Shown here piece by piece: positions 9,917 through 19,150 of a stretch of DNA of 64,000 bases; positions within the stretch are counted from its first letter, which is position 1; each line of letters begins with the position of its first letter. A program made the translations under genes and the position numbers. The DNA comes from Candidatus Geohabitans tengchongensis (GTDB taxonomy: Bacteria > Sysuimicrobiota > Sysuimicrobiia > Sysuimicrobiales > Humicultoraceae). The notes under the pieces were generated by a model that worked only from the letters and a program-made list of their open reading frames with translations, was not told the DNA's origin and did no database searches. The stretch is from NCBI GenBank assembly GCA_031459625.1, contig JAVKIH010000002.1, forward strand, positions 73,174 to 137,173. The letters are read 5' to 3'.

Positions 9917-11070
9917 CGCCCCTGCCCCACCCGCTGGGCGAACTGCAGCCCCTTCCCTTCCGTGGCCAGCGCCGGTGCCAGCACGATCTCCACCTCGTGC
10001 ATCTCGGCGAGCGTCGTCGCCCCGCACATGCCCAACGCCGTGCGCAGCGCCCCGGCCAGGTTCTGCGACCCGTCGTCCACCACGGCGGGGCCCAGCAGGA
10101 TCTGGCGCAGCGTCCCCGAGGTCCCCACGCGGATGCGCGTACCGCGCGGCAGGGCGGCGTGCGGCGTGGCCATCCCCCAGTGGAAGCCGCGGCCCGGCGC
10201 CTCCTCGGCCCTGGCCAGGGCCGAGCCCAGCATGACGGCGTCGGCACCGCAGGCGATGGCTTTGGCCACCTCCCCGCCCACCCCGATGCCCCCGTCGGCC
10301 ACCACCGGTACGTAGACGCCGGTGCGGCGGCGGTACTCGTCGCGGGCGGCGGCCACGTCGGCAATGGCGGTGGCCTGGGGCACGCCCACCCCCAGCACGC
10401 GCCGGCTGGTGCAGGCCGCGCCGGGCCCCACCCCCACGAAGACCCCGGCGGCCCCCGCGTCCAGGAGCTGGAGGGCGGCGTCGTAGGTCACGCAGTTGCC
10501 CACCATCACCGGGACGTCCAGCCGGCGGGTCAGGTCGCGCAGCGAGAGGCTGGCCCCGCGGCGGCTGCGGTGGCGCTCGGTCACCACGGTCGACTGCACC
10601 AGCACGGCGTCGGCGCCCGCCTCCACCGCCGGACGGACCAGGCGCTCGGCCTGGGCCGGCGTCACCGAGACCAGGCAGGGCACACCGGCCGCCTTGATAG
10701 CCGCCACGCGCTCGGCCACCAGCTCCTCCCGCACCGGCGGGCGGTAGACCTCCTGGAGCCGCGCCACCGCCTCCTCCGGCGAAGCGCTGGCGATGGCCTC
10801 CAGGGCCACCTCCGGGTCGGGGTAGCGCGTCTGCAGTCCTTCCAGGTTGAGCACACCCGCCGCCCCCAGCGCGCCGAGCAGCGCGGCCGTGCGCACGTCC
10901 ACCACGCTGTCCATGGCCGCCCCGAGGAAGGGCAGGGGGAAGGTCAGGTCACCGACGCGCCAGGAGAGGTCGACGTCCTCGGGGTCGACCGTCGAGGTCC
11001 CGGGGGCGAGCGCGATGTCGTCGAAACCGTAGGCGGTGCGGGCGGTGCGGTGGCGGCCGACGAAGGGCAT
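9913..11070 (-). CDS. guaB: GuaB3-family IMP dehydrogenase (no CBS domains)
   Basis: [33 protein letters not shown]. Confidence 0.88.
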   Translation of the reverse strand: MPFVGRHRTARTAYGFDDIALAPGTSTVDPEDVDLSWRVGDLTFPLPFLGAAMDSVVDVRTAALLGALGAAGVLNLEGLQTRYPDPEVALEAIASASPEEAVARLQEVYRPPVREELVAERVAAIKAAGVPCLVSVTPAQAERLVRPAVEAGADAVLVQSTVVTERHRSRRGASLSLRDLTRRLDVPVMVGNCVTYDAALQLLDAGAAGVFVGVGPGAACTSRRVLGVGVPQATAIADVAAARDEYRRRTGVYVPVVADGGIGVGGEVAKAIACGADAVMLGSALARAEEAPGRGFHWGMATPHAALPRGTRIRVGTSGTLRQILLGPAVVDDGSQNLAGALRTALGMCGATTLAEMHEVEIVLAPALATEGKGLQFAQRVGQGR

Positions 11071-11612
11071 CAGCGGTAGATCTCCGGTTTGAGCACGCAG
11101 ATGAAGGGGACGTTGCGGTAGCGGCCGGCGTAGTCGAGCCCGTAGCCGACCACGAAGCGGTCGGGGATCTCGAAGCCCCGGTAGTCGATGCGCACCTCCC
11201 GGCGCCGCCGCGGCACCTTGTCGAGGAGGGCGCAGACCGCCAGCGAGGCCGGGTAGCGGGCGCGCAGGAGCTCCAGCAGGTAGTCCATGGTGTAGCCGGT
11301 GTCGATGATGTCGTCCACGACCACCACGTGGCGCCCCTCGATCGACTGGTCCAGGTCCTTGAGGATGCGCACGATCCCGGAGCTCTCCGTCCCCTGCCCG
11401 TAGGAGGCGGTGGCCATGAAGTCCACGGCGCAGGGGATGGTGATGGCCCGCAGCAGGTCGGCGAGAAAGACGAACGATCCAGTCAGAATGCCCACCAGCA
11501 GGGGCTCGCGCCCGTCGTAGTCGTGAGAGATGGCCCGACCGAGCTCCTGGATCCGCTGCTGGAGAGCCTCAGTGGGAATCAGGATCTCATCGACGTCGTC
11601 GAGCAGGGACAC
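11070..11612 (-). CDS. hpt: Hypoxanthine phosphoribosyltransferase
   Basis: VVVDDIIDTGYT; FVVGYGLDYAGRYRN. Confidence 0.95.
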   Translation of the reverse strand: MSLLDDVDEILIPTEALQQRIQELGRAISHDYDGREPLLVGILTGSFVFLADLLRAITIPCAVDFMATASYGQGTESSGIVRILKDLDQSIEGRHVVVVDDIIDTGYTMDYLLELLRARYPASLAVCALLDKVPRRRREVRIDYRGFEIPDRFVVGYGLDYAGRYRNVPFICVLKPEIYR

Positions 11613-11669
11613 GGCCCCTCCAGGAAGGAAGGCAGCCTGTGCGCGGCCGGTGCAGAAGACGTAAAATTT

Positions 11670-11699
11670 ATTATAGGAACGGTGCACCTGACCTGTCAA
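11670..11699 (-). promoter_or_regulatory. Consensus sigma70 promoter of hpt-guaB-guaA
   Basis: TTGACA-N18-TATAAT on the minus strand in an AT-rich patch. Confidence 0.85.
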
Positions 11700-11786
11700 A
11701 TGCCACCTAGATATTGGAAACATTTACCGGGGGAGCGTCCAGGTCGTTCGGTTCTGCGCTCCGCCCAACCTGCAGCAGCGGCGCGG

Positions 11787-12368
11787 TCAAGGTGCCGGGG
11801 TGGCGTGCGTGCGGCTCCCGGGTTTCGTGAACGGGAGTCCTGCGCGGCAGAGGGGACAGAGGGCCGGCAGGTAGGCCTCCGCCTCCACGGTGACCAGCGC
11901 CTCAAAGGGGACCCCCAGGGTGAGCGCCGTGCCGCTGCGGTCGACCAGGGCCCCGATCCCCACCACCTGGGCGCCGTGGGCCTCGAGCAGCCGCTTCACC
12001 TCGCCCACCGCCGCTCCGGTGGTCACGACGTCCTCGACGACGAGCGCGCGCTCCCCCGGGCGCACCGTGAAGGAGCGGCGCAGGGCCATCCGGCCTTCCT
12101 CCCGCTCCGTCCACAGCGCCCGCGCCCCCAGCTGGCGGGCCACCTCGTAGGCCAGGACGATCGCCCCGATGGCCGGCCCGACCACGACCTCGACGCCCCG
12201 GTCGCGGAACCGGTCGGCGAGCTCGCGGCAGGCCTCGGCGGTCTCGGTGGGGTGCTGGAGGAGGAGGGCGATCTGGATGTAGGTGGGACTGTGCATCCCC
12301 GAGCTGAGGAGGAAGTGCCCCTCCTGGTAGAGGGGGTGGCGCCGGAAGATCTCCGCGAAGGACGCCAT
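11787..12368 (-). CDS. pyrE: Orotate phosphoribosyltransferase
   Basis: GHFLLSSGMHS; VVEDVVTTG; C-terminal CPLC...KPGSR. Confidence 0.93.
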   Translation of the reverse strand: MASFAEIFRRHPLYQEGHFLLSSGMHSPTYIQIALLLQHPTETAEACRELADRFRDRGVEVVVGPAIGAIVLAYEVARQLGARALWTEREEGRMALRRSFTVRPGERALVVEDVVTTGAAVGEVKRLLEAHGAQVVGIGALVDRSGTALTLGVPFEALVTVEAEAYLPALCPLCRAGLPFTKPGSRTHATPAP

Positions 12369-12370
12369 GG

Positions 12371-13063
12371 CTAGGTGGGAGCGGCGCTCCCCAGCCGCAG
12401 CTCCTCGAGGATCGCACGCGCCGCGACCGCAGGATCCCCGGCCTCGACGATGGGCCGGCCCACCACGACCAGGTCGGCCCCCGCCTGCGCCGCCTCGGTT
12501 GGGGTGGCGACGCGCTGCTGGTCCTCGGCCGGCCAGCCGCGCGGCCGCACCCCGGGGGTGAGCGTGAGGAAGCCGCGGGGACAGGCGGCGCGCACGAGCC
12601 CCACCTCGCGGACGGCCACGACCGTCCCGTCCATGCCCAGCGAAGCCGCCCACCGCGCCTGCTCCTGCACGCGGCGGTCGTGGTCGCCCTCCTGACCGAT
12701 CGGGAGCGGCTCGCTGGTCAGATGTGTGACGCCGAGCAACCGCGGCCCGCCGGCCTCCCGGGCCGCGGCAGCGCCCGCCCGCACCATCGCCTCCCCGCCG
12801 GCCAGGTGCACGGTCAGGTACGATGCGCCCAGGCGCGCAGCGGCGCGGACGGCGCCGGCGACGGTGTGGGGGATGTCGTGCAGCTTGAGGTCCAGGACGA
12901 CTACCCCGCCCCGCTCCCGTACCAGCGCCACGGCCTGGGGCCCTGTCGCGGTGAAGAGTTCCAGCCCCACCTTGAAGTGCGTGACGATCCCCTCGAGCCT
13001 GTCCAGCAGGGCGCGGGCCCGGGACAGGTCGGGGACGTCCAGGGCGACGACCAGCTCAGCCAC
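12371..13063 (-). CDS. pyrF: Orotidine-5'-phosphate decarboxylase
   Basis: VVALD, FKVGLELF, LDLKLHDIPHTV, TPGVRP, DQQR, VVGRPI. Confidence 0.95.
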   Translation of the reverse strand: MAELVVALDVPDLSRARALLDRLEGIVTHFKVGLELFTATGPQAVALVRERGGVVVLDLKLHDIPHTVAGAVRAAARLGASYLTVHLAGGEAMVRAGAAAAREAGGPRLLGVTHLTSEPLPIGQEGDHDRRVQEQARWAASLGMDGTVVAVREVGLVRAACPRGFLTLTPGVRPRGWPAEDQQRVATPTEAAQAGADLVVVGRPIVEAGDPAVAARAILEELRLGSAAPT

Positions 13064-14057
13064 TCCAGCCCTCCGCGGCGAGCGCCAGGCCCGGGGCCTC
13101 ATCCGGCAGGCCCTCGACCGCACCGACCACCTGGCGGATGTCGCTGAACCCGTGCTGCTGCAGGTAGGTGGCGAGGCCCGCGGTGATCCGGCGCGGTGCC
13201 TCCGCATCCACCAGCACGGCAGACGCCACGCCCACGGCGTGGGCCCCCACCAGCAGGAACTCCAGCGCGTGCTCGGCCGTGAGGACCCCGCCCATGCCGA
13301 TGACCGGGAGACCGGTGGCGCGCGCCACCTCCCAGGTGAGGCGCACCGCAACCGGCCGGATCGCCGGCCCCGACAGGCCGCCAAGCCCGGCGCCCAGCCG
13401 AGGGCGGCGGGTGCCCGGGTCGATGGCCAGCCCGGCCAGCGTGTTCACGCACCCGAAGGCGTCCGCGCCCGCCCCGGCCGCGGCACGCGCCACCGCCGTC
13501 ACGTCGGTGGCGTTGGGGGTGAGCTTGACGATGAGCGGCCGCCGGGTGGCCCGCCGCACGCCCGCCACCAGCTCCTCCGTCAGGCGGGGCTCACTGCCGA
13601 AGCGCTGGCCGGCGTGCACGTTGGGGCAGGAGACGTTCAGCTCGATGGCGGCCACCCCGTCCTCGGCGTCCAGCCACTCGGCCAGACGGACGAACTCCTC
13701 GACCGTCGTGCCGGCCACGCTGACCACGATGGGGATGCCCAGCGTGCGCAGGAAAGGGAGGTCTTTCACCAGGAAAGCAGCCAGGCCTGGGTTGCGCAGC
13801 CCGACGGCGTTCAGCCAGCCGCCGTCCACCTCGACCACGTGCGGCCGCGCGTGCCCCTCGCGGGGCTCCAGGGTCACCGACTTGGTGATGAACCCCCCGA
13901 AGGCGCGCAGGTCCACCGCCCCCTGGACCTCCCGCCCGAAGCCCAGCGGCCCGGGGGCGGCCAGCACCGGCGTGGGGAAGGTGATGCCGGCGAGGGTGAT
14001 GGCCAGACGTGGGCCCCCGGCGGGGTGGACCTCGGCAGCTTGGGACGACGTGGGCAC
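13056..14057 (-). CDS. pyrD: Dihydroorotate dehydrogenase, family 1
   Basis: TKSVT, NAVGLRNPG, ELNVSCPN, KLTPN, GGLSGPAIRP. Confidence 0.93.
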   Translation of the reverse strand: MPTSSQAAEVHPAGGPRLAITLAGITFPTPVLAAPGPLGFGREVQGAVDLRAFGGFITKSVTLEPREGHARPHVVEVDGGWLNAVGLRNPGLAAFLVKDLPFLRTLGIPIVVSVAGTTVEEFVRLAEWLDAEDGVAAIELNVSCPNVHAGQRFGSEPRLTEELVAGVRRATRRPLIVKLTPNATDVTAVARAAAGAGADAFGCVNTLAGLAIDPGTRRPRLGAGLGGLSGPAIRPVAVRLTWEVARATGLPVIGMGGVLTAEHALEFLLVGAHAVGVASAVLVDAEAPRRITAGLATYLQQHGFSDIRQVVGAVEGLPDEAPGLALAAEGWSG

Positions 14058-14221
14058 GCGGGCAACCCCTCCCTCTTCTGATTCCACCCGATCCGCCCGG
14101 ATCCTCGCACCGGACGAGCACCAAGGCGGACCGGGCGCTGTGTCGTGGGTAACAGTCGGAGGAGGCGGGAGGGGCTATGCTCCCCTGGCACGACACTCCA
14201 GCTCGGAGGGAGGACGACACG

Positions 14222-14419
14222 ATGAAGCGTGCACTGGCACGGTGGTTCCTGCCTGTTGCCCTCGCGCTCACCAGCGCGCAGGGGGCCGCGGTTCCCCTGG
14301 TGGCTCAGGTCTACTACCTGGACCAGGACGGACCGGGCCGCGACCGCACCGACCTCAGCGCCCAGACCATCTGGCTCGACCAGGACGCTCCTGGCCGTGA
14401 CCGCGTGGACGTGGGCTAG
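14222..14419 (+). CDS. Small secreted 65-aa peptide with two 19-aa repeats
   Basis: [11 protein letters not shown]; signal peptide MKRALARWFLPVALALTSAQGA; repeats AQVYYLDQDGPGRDRTDLS / AQTIWLDQDAPGRDRVDVG. Confidence 0.75.
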   Translation: MKRALARWFLPVALALTSAQGAAVPLVAQVYYLDQDGPGRDRTDLSAQTIWLDQDAPGRDRVDVG

Positions 14420-14429
14420 ATCGAGCATC

Positions 14430-14538
14430 CGAGGGTGAGGGATCCCATCCCCTCACCCTCGCCCCTCACCCTCGCCCCTCACCCTCGCCCCTCACCCTCG
14501 CCCCTCACCCTCGCCCCTCACCCTCGCCCCTCCCCTCG
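14430..14538. repeat. 13-bp tandem repeat (CCCCTCACCCTCG) x6 plus 1 degenerate copy, preceded by an inverted copy
   Basis: Units start at 14449, 14462, 14475, 14488, 14501, 14514 and 14527 (degenerate); inverted CGAGGGTGAGGG at 14430-14441. Confidence 0.95.
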
Positions 14539-14626
14539 CCATCCCCTCCGTCGCGCCATTTCCCCAGCCGCTCGTCCTCCTCCTGGATGCCGCAGAGTGT
14601 CGGAGCGGTTCAGGGGAGCGGAGAGG

Positions 14627-15247
14627 TCAGGAAGTGGGAATCCGCCGCAGCAGGTCCGGGAAGCGCCGCACGAAGTCCGCAATGGCCAGCTCGGCGGCCC
14701 TGAGGAGCGGCAGACCCCCCTGATCGTATCCATGGACCTCCGTGCGCATCGGGAGGCCCGGAACCACCGCAGACCCGAGGTGAATCGCCAGCACCACAGT
14801 CGCCGCCGGAGGACCTTCCGGGATCTCGTCGGGCGTCAGCGGGGGACGCGCTGGATCGACGTCCGCGCGGATGAGGCTCCCGGTGATGAAGAGGCGGGCA
14901 CCGGCTCGTCGAGCCACTTCGCTGGCACCCGCGATCGTGCGGAGGTCGGCAGCCCGCCCCCCTGTCTCCCGGATGGCCCGTTCCACGTCGGCAGCAGGCA
15001 CGATCGGGTACCCACGCTGGGCGAGGCTCTGGGCCAGGCGGAGGGTAGCGAAGCGAGCCAACGCGCCACGCATCCCAACTTCGTCCGCGAAGGGCAGGAT
15101 GGCGATGGGACCCACCTGTTGGGCCGTGACCCTGGCTCCCGAGGGCGGGGCCAGGGCGACACCGGCGAAGACTGCCAGGAGGAGAGATCCCACCCGGCGG
15201 GCAGGCACCCTTCGCATCATGGCCCTGGTGACTCTCACCTGCTTCAC
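14627..15247 (-). CDS. Exported hypothetical protein, CsgG/TolB-N-like alpha/beta fold
   Basis: Signal-like N-terminus; IAILPFADE...EVARRAGARLFITGSL pattern. Confidence 0.55.
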   Translation of the reverse strand: MKQVRVTRAMMRRVPARRVGSLLLAVFAGVALAPPSGARVTAQQVGPIAILPFADEVGMRGALARFATLRLAQSLAQRGYPIVPAADVERAIRETGGRAADLRTIAGASEVARRAGARLFITGSLIRADVDPARPPLTPDEIPEGPPAATVVLAIHLGSAVVPGLPMRTEVHGYDQGGLPLLRAAELAIADFVRRFPDLLRRIPTS

Positions 15248-15296
15248 CTCCCTCAGGCATGGAGGCCCCGGCGGGCACTACCCCAGAGGGGAGCGG

Positions 15297-15554
15297 TCAG
15301 GTCCCCCGGCGGCGGACGATCGACCACACGCCCCCCTGCTGCTTGACCAGGTCGCCCACTTGCACCTGCTGCCAGAAGGGGAAGGGGGCGGCGTAATCGT
15401 GCCCGTTGATGACGAGGATGAACTCCCCCCCGGAGGGGTCGTAGCGTTTGGCCTCCACCCAGCCGATGACCTCGGGCTGCCCGGGTTCCCGGTCGCAGCC
15501 AGGGACGAGCTGGGCCAGCGGTAGGAGGAGGACCAGCACGAAGGCGATCTTCAC
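15297..15554 (-). CDS. Small putative lipoprotein
   Basis: Hydrophobic leader ending VPGC; GGGGG SD. Confidence 0.6.
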   Translation of the reverse strand: MKIAFVLVLLLPLAQLVPGCDREPGQPEVIGWVEAKRYDPSGGEFILVINGHDYAAPFPFWQQVQVGDLVKQQGGVWSIVRRRGT

Positions 15555-15596
15555 ACCATCCCCCCTTGGGTCGCGGACGACGTGTGCGTATGAGGA

Positions 15597-15633
15597 AACG
15601 AAAACGCCCCCGGGGAGAGTTTCCCCGGGGGCG
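15597..15633 (-). terminator. Intrinsic terminator after SLH-porin gene
   Basis: GCCCCCGGGGA/TCCCCGGGGGC stem followed by a U-rich tract on the minus strand. Confidence 0.8.
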
Positions 15634-15647
15634 CCCCGTTCCCTGCT

Positions 15648-17246
15648 CTACCAGGAGTAGGTGAGCTGCACCCGGTAGAAGTTCGTCGTGTCAGCTCCGG
15701 CGACGGTCTGCCGGAACCACATCGGGCTGAGCGTGGTGCGCGGCGCGATGGTCCAGTTCAGCCGCGCCCAGAAGGTGCTGACGCTGGCCCCGGAGGCCAC
15801 ACCCGAGCCGGGTGCGGTGTTGATCCGGGTGTAGGACTCGTAGGTGAGCGCCGCGTTCACCGTGGGCGAGAAGGTCAGGCTGAGGTTCGTGCCCCACCCG
15901 CGCATGTTCCAGCAGTCGGTCGCGCTGAAGAGGATCTCGTCACACGCGTAGGTGTAGACGGGCACGTCCCCGCCCGCCGGCAGCGGACCGTAGTTCTTGT
16001 ACCAGATGTCGAGCACCGGCGAGAAGGTGGTCAACCCGGCCAGGGTGGCCAGGTTGAGCGAGACCCCCGCCCGCCAGGCGCTGGCGGCCGACAGCCCCGT
16101 GAACGTCCACGAGGCGTACTCCCCGTAGAAGTTCAGGCCGGAGATGAGCGTGCCGCCGAGGTCGACGCTGAAGCCGTTGCCGCGCGTGGAGGCCGCCGGG
16201 ACACCGGCCGCCGCACCCAACGGGCCGCCCGCCACGGAGAGCGGGTTGCGCTCCGTGTAGTAGGAGGCCCCGAGCGTCCAGCCCGGCATGATGTCAAAGG
16301 TGCCGCGCACGCCCCAGTAGTTCAGCAGGGGCGCGCTGCCCAGGCCGCTGCCCGTCGAGGTCTGGTTGTCCTGGGCGACGAAGGCGAAGAGCTTGAGCGG
16401 GCCGACGTTGAAGTTGGCGGTGACGCCGTCGTTCACGCCGGTGGTCCACCCGGCATTGGCATGGTCGAAGAGCAGGCCGACGCCGAAGCCCCAGTTGGGC
16501 GTGCCGCCCAGCGTGATGGGCTGCCGGCCGACCCGCCATGCGATGGGAATCCCCCACGCCGTGTTGATGTCCAGATAGGCCAAGTCGAAGGCGACGCTGT
16601 TGAACACCGCAGTGTTACCGAATCGGACGTCGAAGTTCCCCGCACCGGCGTTATTGGCGGCCCACAGCCGGACCGTGGCCTTCACGGCCGGGGTCACCTG
16701 GCCGGTGAAGGTGAGACGGGCCCGGAGGCGGGCGTCGGGAGCCCGGCCGGTGCCCGACCCGCTGGGCGAGCCCTGCGGGAAGATGTTGTAGCGGAACCGG
16801 AAGTCCCCGGTCACCTTGGTGTTGTCGAGGCGGGCCCGGAGGGCCTGCAGCTCCTCCTCCACCGCAGTCACGCGCACGCCCAGCGCGGCCAGCTCGGCGC
16901 GGAACTCGTTCACGAGCCGCTGGACGGTGGCGAGCTTCGTGCGCACGGCGTCGAGGTCCGCACGCCGCACTTCCGGCGGTGGGATCTTGGGAGGCTCGGG
17001 GATCTTGATGGCCTCGATGCGGGCCAGCAGCCTGGCCACGACCATGGCCATCTCGTACCGGGTCATGGCCCGGTCGCCCTTGAACGTCCCATCGGGGTAG
17101 CCCTCGATGAGACCTTTCGCCGCCAGCTCGGCGATCGCGTCGAAGGCCCAGTGGTCGGTGGGCACATCGGCGAACGGCTGAGCGAAGGCGGGAGCAACGA
17201 GTGCCAGTGAGAGCACCGTTGCGATGGCAAACGCGAGGTACCTCAT
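15648..17246 (-). CDS. SLH-domain outer-membrane porin (OmpM-like tether)
   Basis: Signal peptide; SLH FADVPTDHWA...GYPDGTFKG...TRYEMA; coiled coil; beta-barrel ending in aromatic residue (VQLTYSW). Confidence 0.88.
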   Translation of the reverse strand: MRYLAFAIATVLSLALVAPAFAQPFADVPTDHWAFDAIAELAAKGLIEGYPDGTFKGDRAMTRYEMAMVVARLLARIEAIKIPEPPKIPPPEVRRADLDAVRTKLATVQRLVNEFRAELAALGVRVTAVEEELQALRARLDNTKVTGDFRFRYNIFPQGSPSGSGTGRAPDARLRARLTFTGQVTPAVKATVRLWAANNAGAGNFDVRFGNTAVFNSVAFDLAYLDINTAWGIPIAWRVGRQPITLGGTPNWGFGVGLLFDHANAGWTTGVNDGVTANFNVGPLKLFAFVAQDNQTSTGSGLGSAPLLNYWGVRGTFDIMPGWTLGASYYTERNPLSVAGGPLGAAAGVPAASTRGNGFSVDLGGTLISGLNFYGEYASWTFTGLSAASAWRAGVSLNLATLAGLTTFSPVLDIWYKNYGPLPAGGDVPVYTYACDEILFSATDCWNMRGWGTNLSLTFSPTVNAALTYESYTRINTAPGSGVASGASVSTFWARLNWTIAPRTTLSPMWFRQTVAGADTTNFYRVQLTYSW

Positions 17247-17705
17247 CTGCTCCCAACCCCCTTCAGGGTCTGAGGTCGAGCCGGCTGATCCAGGGGCTGG
17301 TGCAGAGTGGTCGTGTTTCCTCCGTCCTCACCCCGGGAGTCCGGCTCGCGGCTCTCCCCCATCCCGTCTCCCCGCAATGCACTTCCTCCATCACCTCCTC
17401 CTGGCGGTGGAGCCGCCCTGGGCCCGGACGGGCCGGATGGCGGAGACGGCTCACAATGACAGCAGCGCGGCAAACGCCGTCTGAACCAGTTCTGAGTCTG
17501 TCGTCAGGTGCGCGGCGGAACCGACCGCCGCGATACATCAGGACACGCGATGAAACACTGAGGCCGCGCCCCGCTGGACCACGGGCGCGTCTCCAGTGTA
17601 CGGGCCGGGCTGATGAGCCTGTCAAGTCGCAACCTTACTCTCATGCCCCACTACGGCCCTGAATAGACGTTCGACGGGACCCCATGATATCCTTCCTCGC
17701 CGTCC

Positions 17706-18677
17706 ATGACTACGCGACACCGTCTGATCGGGGTCATCTTCCTCATGGCCGGGAGTGCGGCCGGACTCATGGCCGGGACTGCCGCCGGAACCGCCCAGAC
17801 CCAGGCGGGTTCCGCCATCTACCTGAACGACGCCGGGAACGGCCGGGTGGTCCGGATGGCGGACATGCGGGGCACGGGCTGGGCTGTGTTGCCCGGACAG
17901 GCTGGCGAACGCACGTTCGCGTTCCAATCGGGCGTCGCCGTCGACGGGGCGGGCAGGATCTACTTCACCGACGCCACCGCCGCCCGCCTGGTCCGGGTGG
18001 ACGACATCACCGGGCGGAACTTGGTAGCCTACGGCCGTCGCGGGTCGGGACCTCACGAGTTCGACCTGCCGGCGGGCATCGCCCTGGACGGCCAGGGGCG
18101 CATCTACATCGCCGACGCCAGCAACGCCAGGATCGTGCGGGTGAACGACCTGACGGGCAGCGGGTGGACGGCGTACGGGAGGCGTGGCAGGGGGACGCAC
18201 GAGTTCGGGTTTCCGCAGGATGTGGCCGTCGACCGCGCCGGCCGCATCTATGTGACCGACGCCCTCAACGACCGCATCATCCGCATCGACGACCTGACCG
18301 GGGCGGGGTGGACGGCGCTCGGCCGGCGGGGCTCGGGTCCCGGCACCTTCGACCATCCCACGGGGATCGCCGTGGACGACCGCGGGCGCCTCTACGTCAC
18401 CGACTCGGCCAACGACCGCGTCGTGCGCGTCGACGACATGACCGGCGCCGGCTGGACGGCGCTGGGCCGGACCGGTGCCGGGCGCCACGAGTTCGTCTTC
18501 CCCACGGGGATCGCCCTTGACGCCGCGGGACGGGTCTACGTGACGGACGAGAACCACCGGGTGGTGCGCATGGCGGACCTGACCGGGGCCGGGTGGAGCA
18601 GTTACGGGACGATGGGTGCCGCACGCGGCAACTTCTTCTTCCCGTCGGCGGTCGTGGTCGTGGGGACGCCGCCCTGA
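17706..18677 (+). CDS. Secreted NHL-repeat beta-propeller protein
   Basis: Signal peptide; about six ~47-aa repeats F..P.GIAVD..GRIYVTD..N.RIVR.DD.TG.GW. Confidence 0.9.
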   Translation: MTTRHRLIGVIFLMAGSAAGLMAGTAAGTAQTQAGSAIYLNDAGNGRVVRMADMRGTGWAVLPGQAGERTFAFQSGVAVDGAGRIYFTDATAARLVRVDDITGRNLVAYGRRGSGPHEFDLPAGIALDGQGRIYIADASNARIVRVNDLTGSGWTAYGRRGRGTHEFGFPQDVAVDRAGRIYVTDALNDRIIRIDDLTGAGWTALGRRGSGPGTFDHPTGIAVDDRGRLYVTDSANDRVVRVDDMTGAGWTALGRTGAGRHEFVFPTGIALDAAGRVYVTDENHRVVRMADLTGAGWSSYGTMGAARGNFFFPSAVVVVGTPP

Positions 18678-18699
18678 CGCGTGCCCCCGGTGCGCGCCC

Positions 18700-19143
18700 T
18701 CACCCGCCTGCGGTGACGCGCTCGATGAGCACCACAGCGGCGTAGTCGTCGTACTCCTCCGGCGGCACCTGCAGCGAGCGCGGGATCAGGCGGCGCCACC
18801 CGCGCGGCGGGTGCTCGGCGAAGTAGCGCCGGCGCGCCTCCAGGGTGGAGCCGCGCTCCGCGACGATCCGCACCGGAGGCAGACCGGGAACGGCGGCCAG
18901 GAGGGCGCGCACCCGGTCGTGGCCGGTCCCCGCACCCAGGAGCACCTCGCCCACCCCAAACGCCTCGACCCAGGCCTGCACCGTGTGGGCCAGGGCGTCC
19001 AGCGGCACCACCGCCCGGGCCAGGATCGCTCCCCGGCGGCCGACAGCCACGCCGCACTTGGCCCGCCCCGGATCGATGGCGAGCATCGGGGGCGCGCCCT
19101 CGCCGACGGCCCCTCCGTGGCGCACCTCGCTCACGTCGCCCAC
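18700..19143 (-). CDS. YqgF/RuvX-like RNase H-fold nuclease
   Basis: LAIDPGRAKCG, ERGSTLEARRRYF, DDYAAV; start uncertain. Confidence 0.8.
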   Translation of the reverse strand: MGDVSEVRHGGAVGEGAPPMLAIDPGRAKCGVAVGRRGAILARAVVPLDALAHTVQAWVEAFGVGEVLLGAGTGHDRVRALLAAVPGLPPVRIVAERGSTLEARRRYFAEHPPRGWRRLIPRSLQVPPEEYDDYAAVVLIERVTAGG

Positions 19144-19150
19144 CGCCCGC

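Noticed and set aside
11613..11670. Purine riboswitch upstream of hpt-guaB-guaA
   Set aside because: The leader after the promoter is only ~50 nt and lacks the aptamer core
14449..14538. Possible CRISPR array
   Set aside because: Head-to-tail 13-mers with no spacers and no cas genes
17820..18640. ~141-bp periodic repeats
   Set aside because: Explained by the coding NHL propeller blades
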